The notes below the pieces were generated by a model. It saw only the letters and a program-made list of their open reading frames with translations, made no database searches and was not told where the DNA came from. The position numbers and the translations under genes are program-made. From contig NZ_CAXVWL010000124.1 in the NCBI RefSeq assembly GCF_964263785.1, positions 8,646 through 72,645 on the forward strand: 64,000 bases of DNA. Reading direction: 5' to 3'. Positions 17,105-27,377 of this stretch are shown piece after piece. How positions within the stretch are numbered: position 1 is the first letter of the stretch; each line of letters starts with the position of its first letter. The DNA comes from Sphingomonas sp. GTDB lineage: Bacteria; Pseudomonadota; Alphaproteobacteria; Sphingomonadales; Sphingomonadaceae.

Positions 17105-17431
17105 GTGACGCCGCGGCGTCTTGCAATCCTAACACACCGGAGCCACATGCGCGTCATGCCACGATCCCCCGCCGCTCGCATGACCCAGCTCGTCGCGGGC
17201 GTGGCGTTGATGGTCGTGGCGCCGATCACCGCGCCGCTGCCCGGCCCGGCCGCGACCTTTCTCTTCGCAGGCGGGCTGGTTCTGGTGCTGCGCAACTCGC
17301 ATTACGCACGGGTGCGCTTCGCGCGCGCCAAGCGACGCTTCCCGAAGATCGGTGCGCTGCTCGACCGCGTGATGCGCCGCCCGAGCGCACTCCGACGGCG
17401 CGAACGCGACGCCGCGCGCGTTGACTTGTGA
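17105..17431 (+). CDS. Small hypothetical membrane protein (PGPGW-like); start uncertain
   Basis: 108-aa ORF with a hydrophobic core, VAGVALMVVAPITAPLPGPAATFLFAGGLVLVL, and a basic tail. There is no strong functional signature. Confidence 0.4.
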   Translation: MTPRRLAILTHRSHMRVMPRSPAARMTQLVAGVALMVVAPITAPLPGPAATFLFAGGLVLVLRNSHYARVRFARAKRRFPKIGALLDRVMRRPSALRRRERDAARVDL

Positions 17432-17529
17432 GCGTCCCTCGCTTAGGCGCTCGTCCAGCAAGGCCGTCCCCGTGGCGGCCGTCTTCTATTTCAGAATACT
17501 CTTTCAGTTTAGAATTTGGGGAATGAGTC

Positions 17530-17664
17530 ATGAAGCGGACCTTTCAGCCGAGCAACCTGGTTCGCGCCCGCCGCCACGGCTTCCGCTCGCGAATGGCGAC
17601 GGTCGGCGGCCGCTCGGTGATCCGGGCGCGCCGGAACCGCGGACGCGCCAAGCTGTCGGCCTGA
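17530..17664 (+). CDS. rpmH: 50S ribosomal protein L34
   Basis: Translates as [44 protein letters not shown]. It is too short to appear in the ORF track. Confidence 0.93.
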   Translation: MKRTFQPSNLVRARRHGFRSRMATVGGRSVIRARRNRGRAKLSA

Positions 17665-17993
17665 CGACCATCGCGCGTCGCAAGGACTTCCTTGCGGCGA
17701 ATGCGGGCAAGCGCGCGCCGATGCCGGGGTTCGTCCTGCTGGTGCGTGTGCGCGAAGATGGCGAAGATACGATCCGCGTCGGCTTCACCGTCACCAAGAA
17801 GATCGGCAATGCGGTCGTCCGCAACCGGATGAAGCGCCGGCTGCGCGCGTTGGCGCGCGAGGTGTTGCCGAGTGGCGGTATCGCCGGCGCAGACCATGTG
17901 CTGATCGGCCGCAATGGCGGCATCGAGCGCGACTTCGCGACGATGCGAAGCGAACTCGCCAAGGCGCTGCGCAAGGTTTCTTCACCGCGGTGA
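17661..17993 (+). CDS. rnpA: RNase P protein component; 5' end uncertain (no canonical start before the conserved N-terminal region)
   Basis: The frame reads [34 protein letters not shown]...[19 protein letters not shown], which is RnpA-like. The first in-frame ATG is at 17721. A CTG at 17661 overlaps the rpmH stop. Confidence 0.8.
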   Translation: MTTIARRKDFLAANAGKRAPMPGFVLLVRVREDGEDTIRVGFTVTKKIGNAVVRNRMKRRLRALAREVLPSGGIAGADHVLIGRNGGIERDFATMRSELAKALRKVSSPR

Positions 17994-18229
17994 CCCTGGC
18001 GGCGCGCCTGTTCATTCTCGTCGCGCGCGCGTGGCAAGTGGGCCCGTCGGCGATCCTGCCACCGACCTGCCGCTACTCGCCGTCCTGTTCCGCCTATGCA
18101 ATCACCGCGCTGCGCCGCTATGGCGCGGCAAAGGGGGGCTGGCTCGCCGTGCGGCGGATCGCGCGGTGCCATCCCTGGGGCGGCCACGGCTACGATCCCG
18201 TACCTGACATGCTGGGGCAAGACACTTGA
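17990..18229 (+). CDS. yidD: Membrane protein insertion efficiency factor YidD
   Basis: 79 aa containing [46 protein letters not shown]. It has a GTGA overlap with rnpA. Confidence 0.87.
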   Translation: MTLAARLFILVARAWQVGPSAILPPTCRYSPSCSAYAITALRRYGAAKGGWLAVRRIARCHPWGGHGYDPVPDMLGQDT

Positions 18230-19974
18230 CCGAAGACCGTCGCAATTTCGTCCTCTTCGCGGTGATCGCGGCGCTCATCCTGTTCGGGTTCCCGCTCGTC
18301 CAGCAGCGCTTCTTTCCGACCGCGAACCCGCCGGTGACCAGGATCGAGGATGGCAAGACCAAGGTCCTGCCCAAGCCCGAGGCCGGTGCGGTCTCGACCA
18401 CCCCCACCGCGATCCGCGACCGCCAGGTCGTGCTGCGCGAGACCCCGCGCGTCCGCATCGCGACGCCGTCGCTCGCGGGCTCGATCAACCTGAAGGGTGG
18501 CCGGATCGACGATCTGGTGCTGACCACCTACAAGGAAACGATCGCAAAGAACTCTCCGCCGATCCGCTTGCTGTCGCCTTCGGGCGCGCCGGACGCGTAT
18601 TTCGCCGGGTTCGGCTGGTCGGGCGACGCTGTCACGGCGCCGGGCGCCGACACCGTGTTCACCGTCGACGCCCCCGTTCTGACCCCGGCACGCCCGGTCA
18701 CGCTGTCGTGGACCAGCCCGCAGGGGCTGCGCTTCGCGCTCAGGATCGCGGTCGACGACAAGTTCCTGTTCACGGTGCGGCAGAGCGTCGGCAACGGCGG
18801 CGCCGCGCCGGTGACCGTCCGCCCCTACGCCCTGCTCTCGCGCACCGGCGTGTCGAAGGACGCGACCAGCTGGACCAACCACGTCGGCCCGATCGGGGTG
18901 TTCGACAACGGCGCCAACTACCACATCGACTATGCCAATCTGGAGGGCAACCAGTCCGGCGTCTTCGCGCGCGTGTTCGGCAACGCGTCCAAGCCGGGCG
19001 ACAATTACTTCGATGCGCGCGGCGGCTGGCTTGGGTTCGCCGACAAATACTGGCTGGCCGCACTCGCTCCCGACCAGTCGGCGCAGGTCCATTCGGGTTT
19101 CCGTGGCGCCAACGGCACCGTTTTCCAGGCCGACGTCGCGCAGCAGCCGCGCACGATCGCTCCGGGCAAGGTGCTCAACACGACCACCCGCGTGTTCGCG
19201 GGCGCCAAGGAGGTCAAGACACTCGACCGGTATGAGGCCGCAGGCATCCCGCTGCTCGGCCGCGCGATCGACTGGGGATGGTTCGAGATCGTCGAGAAAC
19301 CGATCTTCACCTATCTCGACTGGCTGTTCCGGATGGTCGGCAATTTCGGCGTGGCGATCATTCTTCTGACCGTCACCATCCGCGGCCTGATGTTCCCGAT
19401 CGCGCAGCGCCAGTTCGCGTCGATGGCCAAGATGCGCAGCGTCCAGCCCAAGATGAAGGCGCTGCAGGAGCGCTACAAGGACGACAAGGTCAAGCAGCAG
19501 CAGGAGGTGATGGCGCTGTACAAGGCGGAAAAGGTCAACCCGCTCGCGGGCTGCCTGCCCACGCTGCTCCAGATCCCGATCTTCTATGCACTCTACAAGG
19601 TGCTGATGCTGACGATCGAGATGCGGCACCAGCCGTTCGTCGGGTGGATCAAGGACCTGTCTGCGCCCGATCCGCTGACCCCGGTCAATCTGTTCGGCCT
19701 GCTGGCGTTCACCCCGCCGCACTTCCTGGCGATCGGCGTGGTACCCATCGTGCTGGGCATCTCGATGTACTTCCAGTTCAAGCTCAATCCGCAGGTGATG
19801 GACGAGACCCAGCGTCAGGTGTTCGCGATCCTGCCGTGGGTGCTGATGTTCGTCATGGCCCCGTTCGCGGTCGGGTTGCAGGTCTATTGGATCACCTCGA
19901 ATTGCCTCGCGATCCTCCAGCAGCGACTGCTCTACGCGCGGCATCCAGAACTCGCCGCAGCACCCGCCAAATGA
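18226..19974 (+). CDS. yidC: Membrane protein insertase YidC
   Basis: 582 aa. The conserved C-terminal core reads [49 protein letters not shown]...[16 protein letters not shown]. Confidence 0.92.
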   Translation: MTEDRRNFVLFAVIAALILFGFPLVQQRFFPTANPPVTRIEDGKTKVLPKPEAGAVSTTPTAIRDRQVVLRETPRVRIATPSLAGSINLKGGRIDDLVLTTYKETIAKNSPPIRLLSPSGAPDAYFAGFGWSGDAVTAPGADTVFTVDAPVLTPARPVTLSWTSPQGLRFALRIAVDDKFLFTVRQSVGNGGAAPVTVRPYALLSRTGVSKDATSWTNHVGPIGVFDNGANYHIDYANLEGNQSGVFARVFGNASKPGDNYFDARGGWLGFADKYWLAALAPDQSAQVHSGFRGANGTVFQADVAQQPRTIAPGKVLNTTTRVFAGAKEVKTLDRYEAAGIPLLGRAIDWGWFEIVEKPIFTYLDWLFRMVGNFGVAIILLTVTIRGLMFPIAQRQFASMAKMRSVQPKMKALQERYKDDKVKQQQEVMALYKAEKVNPLAGCLPTLLQIPIFYALYKVLMLTIEMRHQPFVGWIKDLSAPDPLTPVNLFGLLAFTPPHFLAIGVVPIVLGISMYFQFKLNPQVMDETQRQVFAILPWVLMFVMAPFAVGLQVYWITSNCLAILQQRLLYARHPELAAAPAK

Positions 19975-20612
19975 CCGACGCATTCGACGCGGACCAGTTG
20001 GAGGCAGCACGGAAGACTTTCGCCGGCCCGATCACGTTCCTCAAGTCCGCTCCGGCGCTCGAACATCTGCCCGGCGCAATCGTGCCGGAGGTGGCGTTCG
20101 CGGGCCGCTCCAACGTCGGCAAGTCGTCGCTGCTCAACGCGCTCGCCAACCGCAACGCACTGGCGCGAACGTCGAACACGCCGGGGCGCACGCAAGAGCT
20201 GAACTTCTTCGATGTCGGCGAGCCGCTCGCATTTCGCCTCGTCGACATGCCCGGCTACGGTTTTGCCAAGGCTCCCAAGGACATGGTCCGCCAGTGGCGC
20301 CATCTGGTCAACGATTTCCTGCGCGGCCGCGATGTCCTGAAGCGCGCGCTGGTGCTGATCGATTCGCGCCACGGCATCAAGGATGTCGACCGCGAGATCA
20401 TGGACATGCTCGACAAGGCTGCGGTCAGCTATCGCCTGGTGCTCACCAAGGCCGACAAGATAAAGGCCACCGATCTCACCGCGGTGACCCAGGCGACCCA
20501 GGACGAAGCCCGCAAGCGGGCCGCGGCGCATCCGGACATCATCGCGACGTCGAGCGAGGGTGGCCTCGGCATTCCCGAGTTGCGCGCAGCTGTGGTCGAA
20601 GCGATCGGCTGA
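19971..20612 (+). CDS. engB: Ribosome biogenesis GTPase EngB/YihA
   Basis: 213 aa from ATG 19971 (ATGA overlap with yidC). Contains FAGRSNVGKSSLLNAL (G1), DMPGYG (G3) and TKADK (G4). Confidence 0.9.
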   Translation: MTDAFDADQLEAARKTFAGPITFLKSAPALEHLPGAIVPEVAFAGRSNVGKSSLLNALANRNALARTSNTPGRTQELNFFDVGEPLAFRLVDMPGYGFAKAPKDMVRQWRHLVNDFLRGRDVLKRALVLIDSRHGIKDVDREIMDMLDKAAVSYRLVLTKADKIKATDLTAVTQATQDEARKRAAAHPDIIATSSEGGLGIPELRAAVVEAIG

Positions 20613-20653
20613 ACCGGTTGCCCCCGGGGCACGCACGCGATACGCCCCCGCGC

Positions 20654-21319
20654 ATGAAGCTCATCATCGGCAACAAGGCCTATTCCTCCTGGTCGCTCCG
20701 CGGCTGGCTCGCTTGCAAGCAGTCGGGGCTGCCGTTCGAGGAGGTCGTCGTGCCGCTCTACGACGCCGAATGGGACAAGCGACGCGAAGGCGACGAGTTC
20801 GCGCCGTCGTCGGGCAAGGTGCCGATCCTGTGGGACGGCGAAGCGGTGGTGTGGGACAGCCTGGCGATCGTCGACTATCTGGCCGACAAGGTCGGGCGCG
20901 ATCGCTTCTGGCCCGCCGACGACGCGGCGCGTGCGATGGCGCGGTCGATGGCAGCGGAGATGCATTCGAGCTTCCAAAACCTGCGCCGCAAGCACAGCAT
21001 GAACGTCCGCCAGATATTCGACCGCGTGCAACCGGACGACGACGTCCTCGCTGAACTCGGGCGCATCATGGAGCTCTGGGCTCAGGCGCGCGCGCGTTGG
21101 GGCGGCGAAGGCGATTTTCTTTTCGGGGACTTCGGCGCCGCGGACATCATGTTCGCGCCCGTCTGCACCCGCATCGTCACCTATCAACTGCCGATCGCCC
21201 GCTTCGCCGCGCCGTACATCGACGCGGTCCTCCAGCACCGCTGGATGCAGGACTGGATCGCGGGCGCGCATGAGGAAGACTGGGTCATCCAGCAATACGA
21301 GCAGCCTGCGGGCGCCTAG
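20654..21319 (+). CDS. Glutathione S-transferase family protein
   Basis: 221 aa starting MKLIIGNKAYSSWSLRGWLACKQSGLPFEEVVV, with ...KVPILWDGEAVVWDSLAIVDYL marking the GST N-domain pattern. Confidence 0.8.
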   Translation: MKLIIGNKAYSSWSLRGWLACKQSGLPFEEVVVPLYDAEWDKRREGDEFAPSSGKVPILWDGEAVVWDSLAIVDYLADKVGRDRFWPADDAARAMARSMAAEMHSSFQNLRRKHSMNVRQIFDRVQPDDDVLAELGRIMELWAQARARWGGEGDFLFGDFGAADIMFAPVCTRIVTYQLPIARFAAPYIDAVLQHRWMQDWIAGAHEEDWVIQQYEQPAGA

Positions 21320-21777
21320 ACCCGGTGGGCGTCGTAGTCGCTTCCGTCGCTACGCGTGTAGCGCCCATCGGCGGTGAAGGACATGTCGATATCGGAATAG
21401 CTGCCGCCCAGCGGCGTGCCCGCGCTCACCACGACGAAAACGCAATCGCTCTCGCTCCGGTTCTGGAGATGGTGGCCATTGCCGTCTGCTTTGGGAAAAG
21501 CCGCGCAATCGCCGGGCACGAGGCCATGCTCGCCCGCGTCGTCGACCAGCACCGCCTCGCCCGCCACAACGACCAGAAACTCGTCCTCGCCGTTGTGCCA
21601 GTGCCGCTGCGACGACCACGCGCCAGGCTTCAGCGTCACGTGGCTCACCCCGAAGTCGGTGAGACCGCTTGGCGGACCCAGCCTGCGATACCATCGACCC
21701 TGCACCGCATCGTCGAACGGCGCGGGATAGCCGGTCCGGTTGGTGAGCGGCAGCGCGTCGAGTTCGAGCTTTGGCAA
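21316..21777 (-). CDS. Cupin-domain protein
   Basis: 153 aa. It carries the cupin motifs HWHNGEDEFLVVVAGEAVL and GDCAAFPKADGNGHHLQN. Confidence 0.7.
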   Translation of the reverse strand: MPKLELDALPLTNRTGYPAPFDDAVQGRWYRRLGPPSGLTDFGVSHVTLKPGAWSSQRHWHNGEDEFLVVVAGEAVLVDDAGEHGLVPGDCAAFPKADGNGHHLQNRSESDCVFVVVSAGTPLGGSYSDIDMSFTADGRYTRSDGSDYDAHRV

Positions 21778-21788
21778 GGGACCCTCCT

Positions 21789-22916
21789 GTGACGAACGCG
21801 ACCATAATCGACCCGCTTGCGCTCGCCCAGACGCTGATTCGCGCCGAAAGCGTCACGCCTGCGCGCGGTGCGGCGTTCGACGTTCTCGAAGCTGCGTTGC
21901 TACCCTTAGGCTTTATGATCGAACGCTTTGTCGAAGGCGACGCACCCGAAGGCCCCGTCGAGAATCTGCTGGCAGTGCGCGCCGGCATCGGCCGCCATCT
22001 GGCGTTCGCCGGCCACCTCGATGTCGTCCCGCCGGGCGACGGCTGGAGTGGGTCCCCGTGGAGCGGCGCGGTGCACGGCGACCTGCTGTACGGCCGCGGC
22101 GCGGTGGACATGAAGGGCGCGATCGCCGCCTTCGCCGCCGCCGCCGGAGCGACGCCCGGCACGCTCAGCCTCATCATCACCGGCGACGAGGAAGGGCCCG
22201 CCACCTACGGCACGCCGCGGCTGATCGAGCGCATGGCCGAGCTCGGCGTGAAGCCCGACCTGTGCCTCGTCGGCGAGCCGACCTCGGTCGCGCGGCTGGG
22301 CGATACGGTGAAGATCGGCCGTCGCGGATCGGTCAACATCTGGATCGACGTGCCGGGCAAGCAGGGCCACGTCGCCTACCCGCACCTGGCCAATAATCCG
22401 ATCCCGCGGCTGGTCGCGGCATTGTCAGCGATCCAGGCCATCGTCCTCGATCATGGCAATGCCTGGTTCCAGCCCTCGAACGTCGAGATCACCGACCTCA
22501 ACGTGGGCAATCCCGCGGCCAACGTCGTCCCGGCGAAGGCGTCGGCGCGGATCAGCATCCGCTTCAACGACGAACAGCGTGGCGATGCGCTGGTCGAGCG
22601 GATTGCCGCCGTGGTGCAATCGCACGCACCCGGCGCGAAGGTCACCGCCAAGGTCTCGGGCGAAGCATTCCTGACGCCGCCCGGCGCGCTCTCGCAGCTC
22701 GTTGCCGACGCGATCCACGACGTAACCGGGATCGAGCCCGATCTGTCGACCACCGGCGGCACATCCGACGCACGCTTCCTGTCGCGGCTGTGCCCGACGG
22801 TCGAGTTCGGGCTGGTCAACGCGACGATGCACCAGTGCGACGAAGCCGTGGCGGTCGACGATCTGCGCGCGCTCGCCGCGATCTATGGGGCCATCATCGC
22901 GCGCGCCTGCGGCTGA
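21789..22916 (+). CDS. dapE: Succinyl-diaminopimelate desuccinylase
   Basis: An M20 peptidase pattern: LAFAGHLDVVPPGD, GRGAVDMKG, ITGDEEG and GGTSDARF. A GTG start at 21789 is preferred, because the track start at 21771 overlaps the divergent cupin gene. Confidence 0.85.
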   Translation: MTNATIIDPLALAQTLIRAESVTPARGAAFDVLEAALLPLGFMIERFVEGDAPEGPVENLLAVRAGIGRHLAFAGHLDVVPPGDGWSGSPWSGAVHGDLLYGRGAVDMKGAIAAFAAAAGATPGTLSLIITGDEEGPATYGTPRLIERMAELGVKPDLCLVGEPTSVARLGDTVKIGRRGSVNIWIDVPGKQGHVAYPHLANNPIPRLVAALSAIQAIVLDHGNAWFQPSNVEITDLNVGNPAANVVPAKASARISIRFNDEQRGDALVERIAAVVQSHAPGAKVTAKVSGEAFLTPPGALSQLVADAIHDVTGIEPDLSTTGGTSDARFLSRLCPTVEFGLVNATMHQCDEAVAVDDLRALAAIYGAIIARACG

Positions 22917-24601
22917 GCCCTGCGTGCATCGATCCAATCGAGCAGCACGGCGCCGTCCATCGGTTCGGCGATGCCGTGGCCCTGCAGCGTGTCGCAGCCG
23001 ATGACCCGCAAGACCTCGGCCTGCGCCGGCCGTTCGATCCCCGATGCCACCGCCTCGCAGCCGAGCGCGTGGATCAGCCCGATCGCGGCATGCGCCACCG
23101 TCCGTGCCTCGCGCCGCGCCGCGACGTGCTCGACGATGCTGCGGTCGAGCTTGATGCGGTCGATCGGGAGGTCGCGCAGCCGCGCGATGTTCGAATAGCC
23201 TGTGCCGAAATCGTCGATGGCCACGCGTGCCCCCTCGGCGCGCAAGGCGGCGATGCTCGCGAGCGCGGAGTCGCTGCAATGCATGGCCAGCGTCTCCCCG
23301 ATCTCCAATTCCAGGAGTGCCGGCGGCGCACCCGCCTCGCGCATCGCCCCGCGCAGTTCGGCGATGAAGCCGGCGTGGTCGAGCTGGCGCGCACCGACGT
23401 TCACCCCCAGCCGGTGAGTCGCGCCCCGCCGCGCCCAAAGCGCGATCGTCCGCGCGATCTCGGCAACCTCCCATTGGCCGATCTCGACGATCAGGCCATT
23501 GTCCTCGGCACGCGCGATGAAACTCGCGGCGTGCTTGACGCCCTCCACCGGATGCCGCCAGCGCAGCAACGCCTCCGCGGCGACCACCTGATCGTCGCGA
23601 GCCGACACCTGCGGCTGGAACACCAGCGCGAACTCGCGCGCGTCGATCGCGGAACGCAGGTCGGCATCGATCCGGTCGCGAGTCGCGAGTGCCGAGGCGA
23701 GCATCGGCGTGAACGCCTCGGCGCGGCCCCTGCCCTGTTCCTTGGCATGGTACATCGCGACATCCGCCGCCTTCATCAGCTCGGTCAGCGTTGTCGTCCC
23801 GCTCGCGCGATTGGCGATGCCGATCGACGCACCGACGCACGCCTGCGCGCCGCCGATGTCGAACGGCCTGACCAGCGTCGCCAGCACATCGCGGGCGACC
23901 ACGCCCGCCGCCGCATCGGGCAGGCCGGGTAAGAAGATCGTGAATTCATCGCCCGCGAGCCTCCCCACCAGCGGCGCGGCGCTCATATAGAGCGCCGCCG
24001 CGCTTTCAGCCGCAACCCGCAGCCGCTGCGCGACCTGCGCCAACAGCATATCCCCCGCGGCATGGCCGCGGGTGTCGTTCACCGCTTTGAATCGATCCAG
24101 GTCGATGAACAGCAGCGTCCCCGGCATCTCCGGCATCATCGCGGCCAAAGCCTGCTCGCAGGTCCGGCGAAAGAAGGCGCGATTGGGTAAGCCGGTGACG
24201 CTGTCGTACATCGCCAGCCGCTCGACATCGGCGAGGTTGACCGACAGCTGATCGAACAGGCTTGCCATTGTAGTGGACAGCAACGGCACCGAGGCGCCGA
24301 CGTCGGCAGGAATCGGGCTGGCGAGATCGCCGTCGGCTGCGTCGATCAGTCGGGCGATGGCCGAATCGATGGCCGCCGCCGTACCCGCCACGGCGCGCTC
24401 GGCCGCAGCCCAGCAGAACAATGCACAGACGATCGCCGGGATCAGCGCAGCCGTTGCGTTTGCGATATCGACGTGCCCGCTCCATGTGGCGAGCACCGCC
24501 AGAACAAAGGCAATTGCGCCGGCCGCCAGCGCGAACACCAATCCCCGGCTCCTGAGAGTGGCGCCGTCGATCATCGGATAAACGCCTCTCCCTGGCAGCA
24601 A
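22883..24601 (-). CDS. Membrane-anchored GGDEF-EAL protein (AGDEF variant motif, intact EAL and DDFGTGYS motifs)
   Basis: 572 aa with two N-terminal hydrophobic helices. Contains RLAGDEFTIFLPG, AAEALLRWRHP and IDDFGTGYSNI. Confidence 0.85.
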   Translation of the reverse strand: MLPGRGVYPMIDGATLRSRGLVFALAAGAIAFVLAVLATWSGHVDIANATAALIPAIVCALFCWAAAERAVAGTAAAIDSAIARLIDAADGDLASPIPADVGASVPLLSTTMASLFDQLSVNLADVERLAMYDSVTGLPNRAFFRRTCEQALAAMMPEMPGTLLFIDLDRFKAVNDTRGHAAGDMLLAQVAQRLRVAAESAAALYMSAAPLVGRLAGDEFTIFLPGLPDAAAGVVARDVLATLVRPFDIGGAQACVGASIGIANRASGTTTLTELMKAADVAMYHAKEQGRGRAEAFTPMLASALATRDRIDADLRSAIDAREFALVFQPQVSARDDQVVAAEALLRWRHPVEGVKHAASFIARAEDNGLIVEIGQWEVAEIARTIALWARRGATHRLGVNVGARQLDHAGFIAELRGAMREAGAPPALLELEIGETLAMHCSDSALASIAALRAEGARVAIDDFGTGYSNIARLRDLPIDRIKLDRSIVEHVAARREARTVAHAAIGLIHALGCEAVASGIERPAQAEVLRVIGCDTLQGHGIAEPMDGAVLLDWIDARRAQPQARAMMAP

Positions 24602-24769
24602 AGCGAGCGTGTCGTCGCTGGCTTGGGAGTAACGGCCATTGGTTAATGTTTGTGAACCACGTCAAAGGTCCGGCAGCGATCGCGATGCATATTCTTACAA
24701 TTCGTCGATCGCCTTCAAAGTATCGTCGCCGGATCGGATGCAATTACCATGCAACGCGCAAGCAAGTCG

Positions 24770-25306
24770 TCAGCGGGTCCGGCGCAGGACGATGTAGAGC
24801 GCGCCGGTACCACCGTGTCGCGGGTGGGCGCCGCGCACTGCGGCGATCGCCCCGGCATGCCGCGACACGGCCAGCCAGTCCGCGACCGCCGCGCGTATCG
24901 CGCCGCGCGCGTGCGGACGCTCACTCTCGGCGCGCGGCGGCTTGCCGGTCACCAGCAGCAACACCCGGTCGCCGCGCGCGATGGCCCGGTCGAGCCCTGC
25001 ATCCAGCAACGCATGCGCCGATGCCAGGGTGTGGCCGTGAAGGTCGAGCGACGCATCGGGTTGCACCGCGCCGCGCGTGAGTCGCCGGTCCCACCCTCCG
25101 TCGAGCGTGACGCCAGGAACGGGTCGTGATGTCGGCAATTGCCTGGAGGGTAAGGATTTAAGCGTGGTCTGCGCAGGCGGCGCCACTGGCGCGGGCGGTG
25201 TCGGGGCTGCTCGTTTGGGCACTGCAACGGGGCGGAGCGGCCTCACGCTTGCCATCACCCGAGCCCAGAGCTGCGCCTCATCGGGGTGGAGCGATCGTCC
25301 CGCCAT
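24770..25306 (-). CDS. Smr-domain protein
   Basis: 178 aa from ATG 25306 (MAGRSLHPDEAQLWARVM). The Smr core reads LDLHGHTLASAHALLDAGLDRAIARGDRVLLLVTGKP. Confidence 0.75.
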   Translation of the reverse strand: MAGRSLHPDEAQLWARVMASVRPLRPVAVPKRAAPTPPAPVAPPAQTTLKSLPSRQLPTSRPVPGVTLDGGWDRRLTRGAVQPDASLDLHGHTLASAHALLDAGLDRAIARGDRVLLLVTGKPPRAESERPHARGAIRAAVADWLAVSRHAGAIAAVRGAHPRHGGTGALYIVLRRTR

Positions 25307-26552
25307 CCGCGCTCCCCTGCAATCGTGCGCCAAGACGATCAAGCGTCCCCACGGGCAGCAGCAGAAACGCGGTGCCATGCGCGGACATGCCGCCTGCGGT
25401 CGCCGCCGCCGTTTCGCCAGCGCCCCAGAAGGTATCGAAGCGATTGGCGCCTTTGATCGCCCCGCCGGTATCCTGCGTCACCCAGAGTCCGCTCGCATCG
25501 GCACGATCGAGCGACAGGAACACCGGCGCGCCGAGCGGAACGAACTTGGCGTCCGCCGCTGCGCTGACTCGCCCGGTCACCGGTTGCCCCAGCGCGCCGA
25601 TCGGAGCGCCGGCAAGCTCGCGGAAGAACACGAAGCTGCGGTTCTCGCGCATCAGCGCGCGGCCTTCGTCGGGGTGCGCGTGCAGCCACGCGACGATGCC
25701 CTGCATCGACGCCTGCCCGGCGGCGAGCAATCCGCGCTGGCGCATCAGGCTGCCGATGCCGGTGTAATCGCGGCCGTTCTGGTTGTCGTAGCCGATCCGC
25801 AGGATCGACCCGTCGGGCAGCCGCAACCGCCCCGATCCCTGGATCTGGAGAAAGAAGATCTCGACCGGATCCGCGGCCCAGGCGATCACCCGTGCGCGCC
25901 CCTCGATGGCGCCGTCCTCGATCGACGCACGGTCGGGATAGGGCACCAGCGTTCCGCCCTGGACCCGGCCACGCAGCCGCTTGCCCTTCAGATCGCCCGA
26001 GAATTGCCCAAGGTCGATGTCGACCAGATCAGACGGGCGGGCATAGATCGGCACGTCGTAGCCCGGTGCGCGCACCCGCGATCCCGCGATCTCGGGCTCG
26101 TAATAGCCGGTCGCGAATGCGCGTCCGTCGCCGACCTGCACCGCTTCGAATGCGCGCGCCAGGAATTGGCGTGCTTGCCCCGCCCGAACGCCAAGCGCCG
26201 CATCGCACGTCGGTCGCCAATCGGCGTCGATCCCTGAGAGATCGGCGCGTTTCACAAGCGCGGGGCACGTTGCGACAAAGGCGGCCCGCGCAGCCTCTGC
26301 CTGCTCCTCGGTAATCGGCAATGACGCGATCGCCGGACCCGCGCTCAGCCCTGCCGCAGCGGCGGTCGCCGAACCGGGTTTGGCGGTCGCCGCAACTGCC
26401 CCGATCGGCGTGGACGGCACAATGCGTGCCGGGGGCACGATCCTAGCACGACCCATCTGCGTCGCGCTCGGCCCGCTGGACGGCGGCACGATCCGGCCAC
26501 CGCACGCCGCGACACCCAGCGCCAGTACAACGACCGCAAATCCGCGGATCAC
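25278..26552 (-). CDS. mltA: Membrane-bound lytic murein transglycosylase A (lipoprotein)
   Basis: 424 aa with a lipobox-like N-terminus, VVVLALGVAACGG. The MltA core reads FATGYYEPEIAGS...FFLQIQGSGRLRLPDGS...VSAAADAKFVPLGAPVFL. Confidence 0.85.
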   Translation of the reverse strand: MIRGFAVVVLALGVAACGGRIVPPSSGPSATQMGRARIVPPARIVPSTPIGAVAATAKPGSATAAAAGLSAGPAIASLPITEEQAEAARAAFVATCPALVKRADLSGIDADWRPTCDAALGVRAGQARQFLARAFEAVQVGDGRAFATGYYEPEIAGSRVRAPGYDVPIYARPSDLVDIDLGQFSGDLKGKRLRGRVQGGTLVPYPDRASIEDGAIEGRARVIAWAADPVEIFFLQIQGSGRLRLPDGSILRIGYDNQNGRDYTGIGSLMRQRGLLAAGQASMQGIVAWLHAHPDEGRALMRENRSFVFFRELAGAPIGALGQPVTGRVSAAADAKFVPLGAPVFLSLDRADASGLWVTQDTGGAIKGANRFDTFWGAGETAAATAGGMSAHGTAFLLLPVGTLDRLGARLQGSADGGTIAPPR

Positions 26553-27196
26553 GCCTCGTCGGTGTCCGCAAGCTTCCAGTTCGGATCGCCCGCGCGCAGC
26601 GTCCGCGCGAAGGTCCAGACATCGTGGGTCTCGACCGCATCGGTCATCGATCCGGCAATCACGGCGCCTTCGGCATCGCGCGTGATCGCGGCGATGTCGG
26701 CATCGAAGCGCACGGTGATCCGCGCATCACGGCCCGATAGATGTGCATCGGCGATCACCGCGCGCTCGATCGTCACCAGCCGGTTGTCCAACGTTTCGCC
26801 CGCTGCGTTGCGCGCGGCGACTGCCTCGGCGAAGCTGGCATGGACGTCGTCCTCGACCAGTTCGACCAGCGCGTCCTCGTCGCCTTTCCAGAATGCTTCC
26901 AGCGTCATCCGGTACGCCGCCTGCGCGCCCGCCAGGAACTGGCCGACGTCGAACCCCGGCTCGCCCGCGACGATCGAGCGGAGTCCCGCTTCGGCACGAG
27001 GTTCGATGTTGCGTTCAGCAACTTCGCGCACATCAGGCGTCGCGTCCATCGTTCGCGGCAAGGTGACCGGCACGGGGCGATCCTCTGCGGCGCGCGGCAG
27101 CGGCTGCTGCTCGTGCCCCGTCCGCTTGCCGAGCACGCTGTAAAGCCGCAAGGCAAGGAAGCCAGCGATCATCGCGAGAAGAATGACGTAGAACAC
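26549..27196 (-). CDS. Tim44-like domain protein (N-terminal TM anchor)
   Basis: 215 aa with a TM helix, MFYVILLAMIAGFLALRLY. A Tim44-type C-terminal domain follows (FLAGAQAAYRMTLEAFWKGDEDALVELV...HDVWTFAR). Confidence 0.75.
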   Translation of the reverse strand: MFYVILLAMIAGFLALRLYSVLGKRTGHEQQPLPRAAEDRPVPVTLPRTMDATPDVREVAERNIEPRAEAGLRSIVAGEPGFDVGQFLAGAQAAYRMTLEAFWKGDEDALVELVEDDVHASFAEAVAARNAAGETLDNRLVTIERAVIADAHLSGRDARITVRFDADIAAITRDAEGAVIAGSMTDAVETHDVWTFARTLRAGDPNWKLADTDEA

Positions 27197-27377
27197 CGCG
27201 CCTCCGATCCAATTCGGCGATATAGGCCGCTTTGCCCTGCGTTACAAATCCGCAAGGCCGCGCAGGCCGTTGAAAGGTCGCATCGCCGCTGCTAGTCGCA
27301 TCGCCCATCGGATCAACGCCCGCTTGGCGGCTTTGCTCCCCTATCCTTTTCCATACGCTCGCTAAGGACAAGATTTC

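Noticed and set aside
18190-20010. 606-aa minus-strand ORF
   Set aside because: It is antisense to yidC and has no recognisable motifs. The plus strand encodes a complete YidC.
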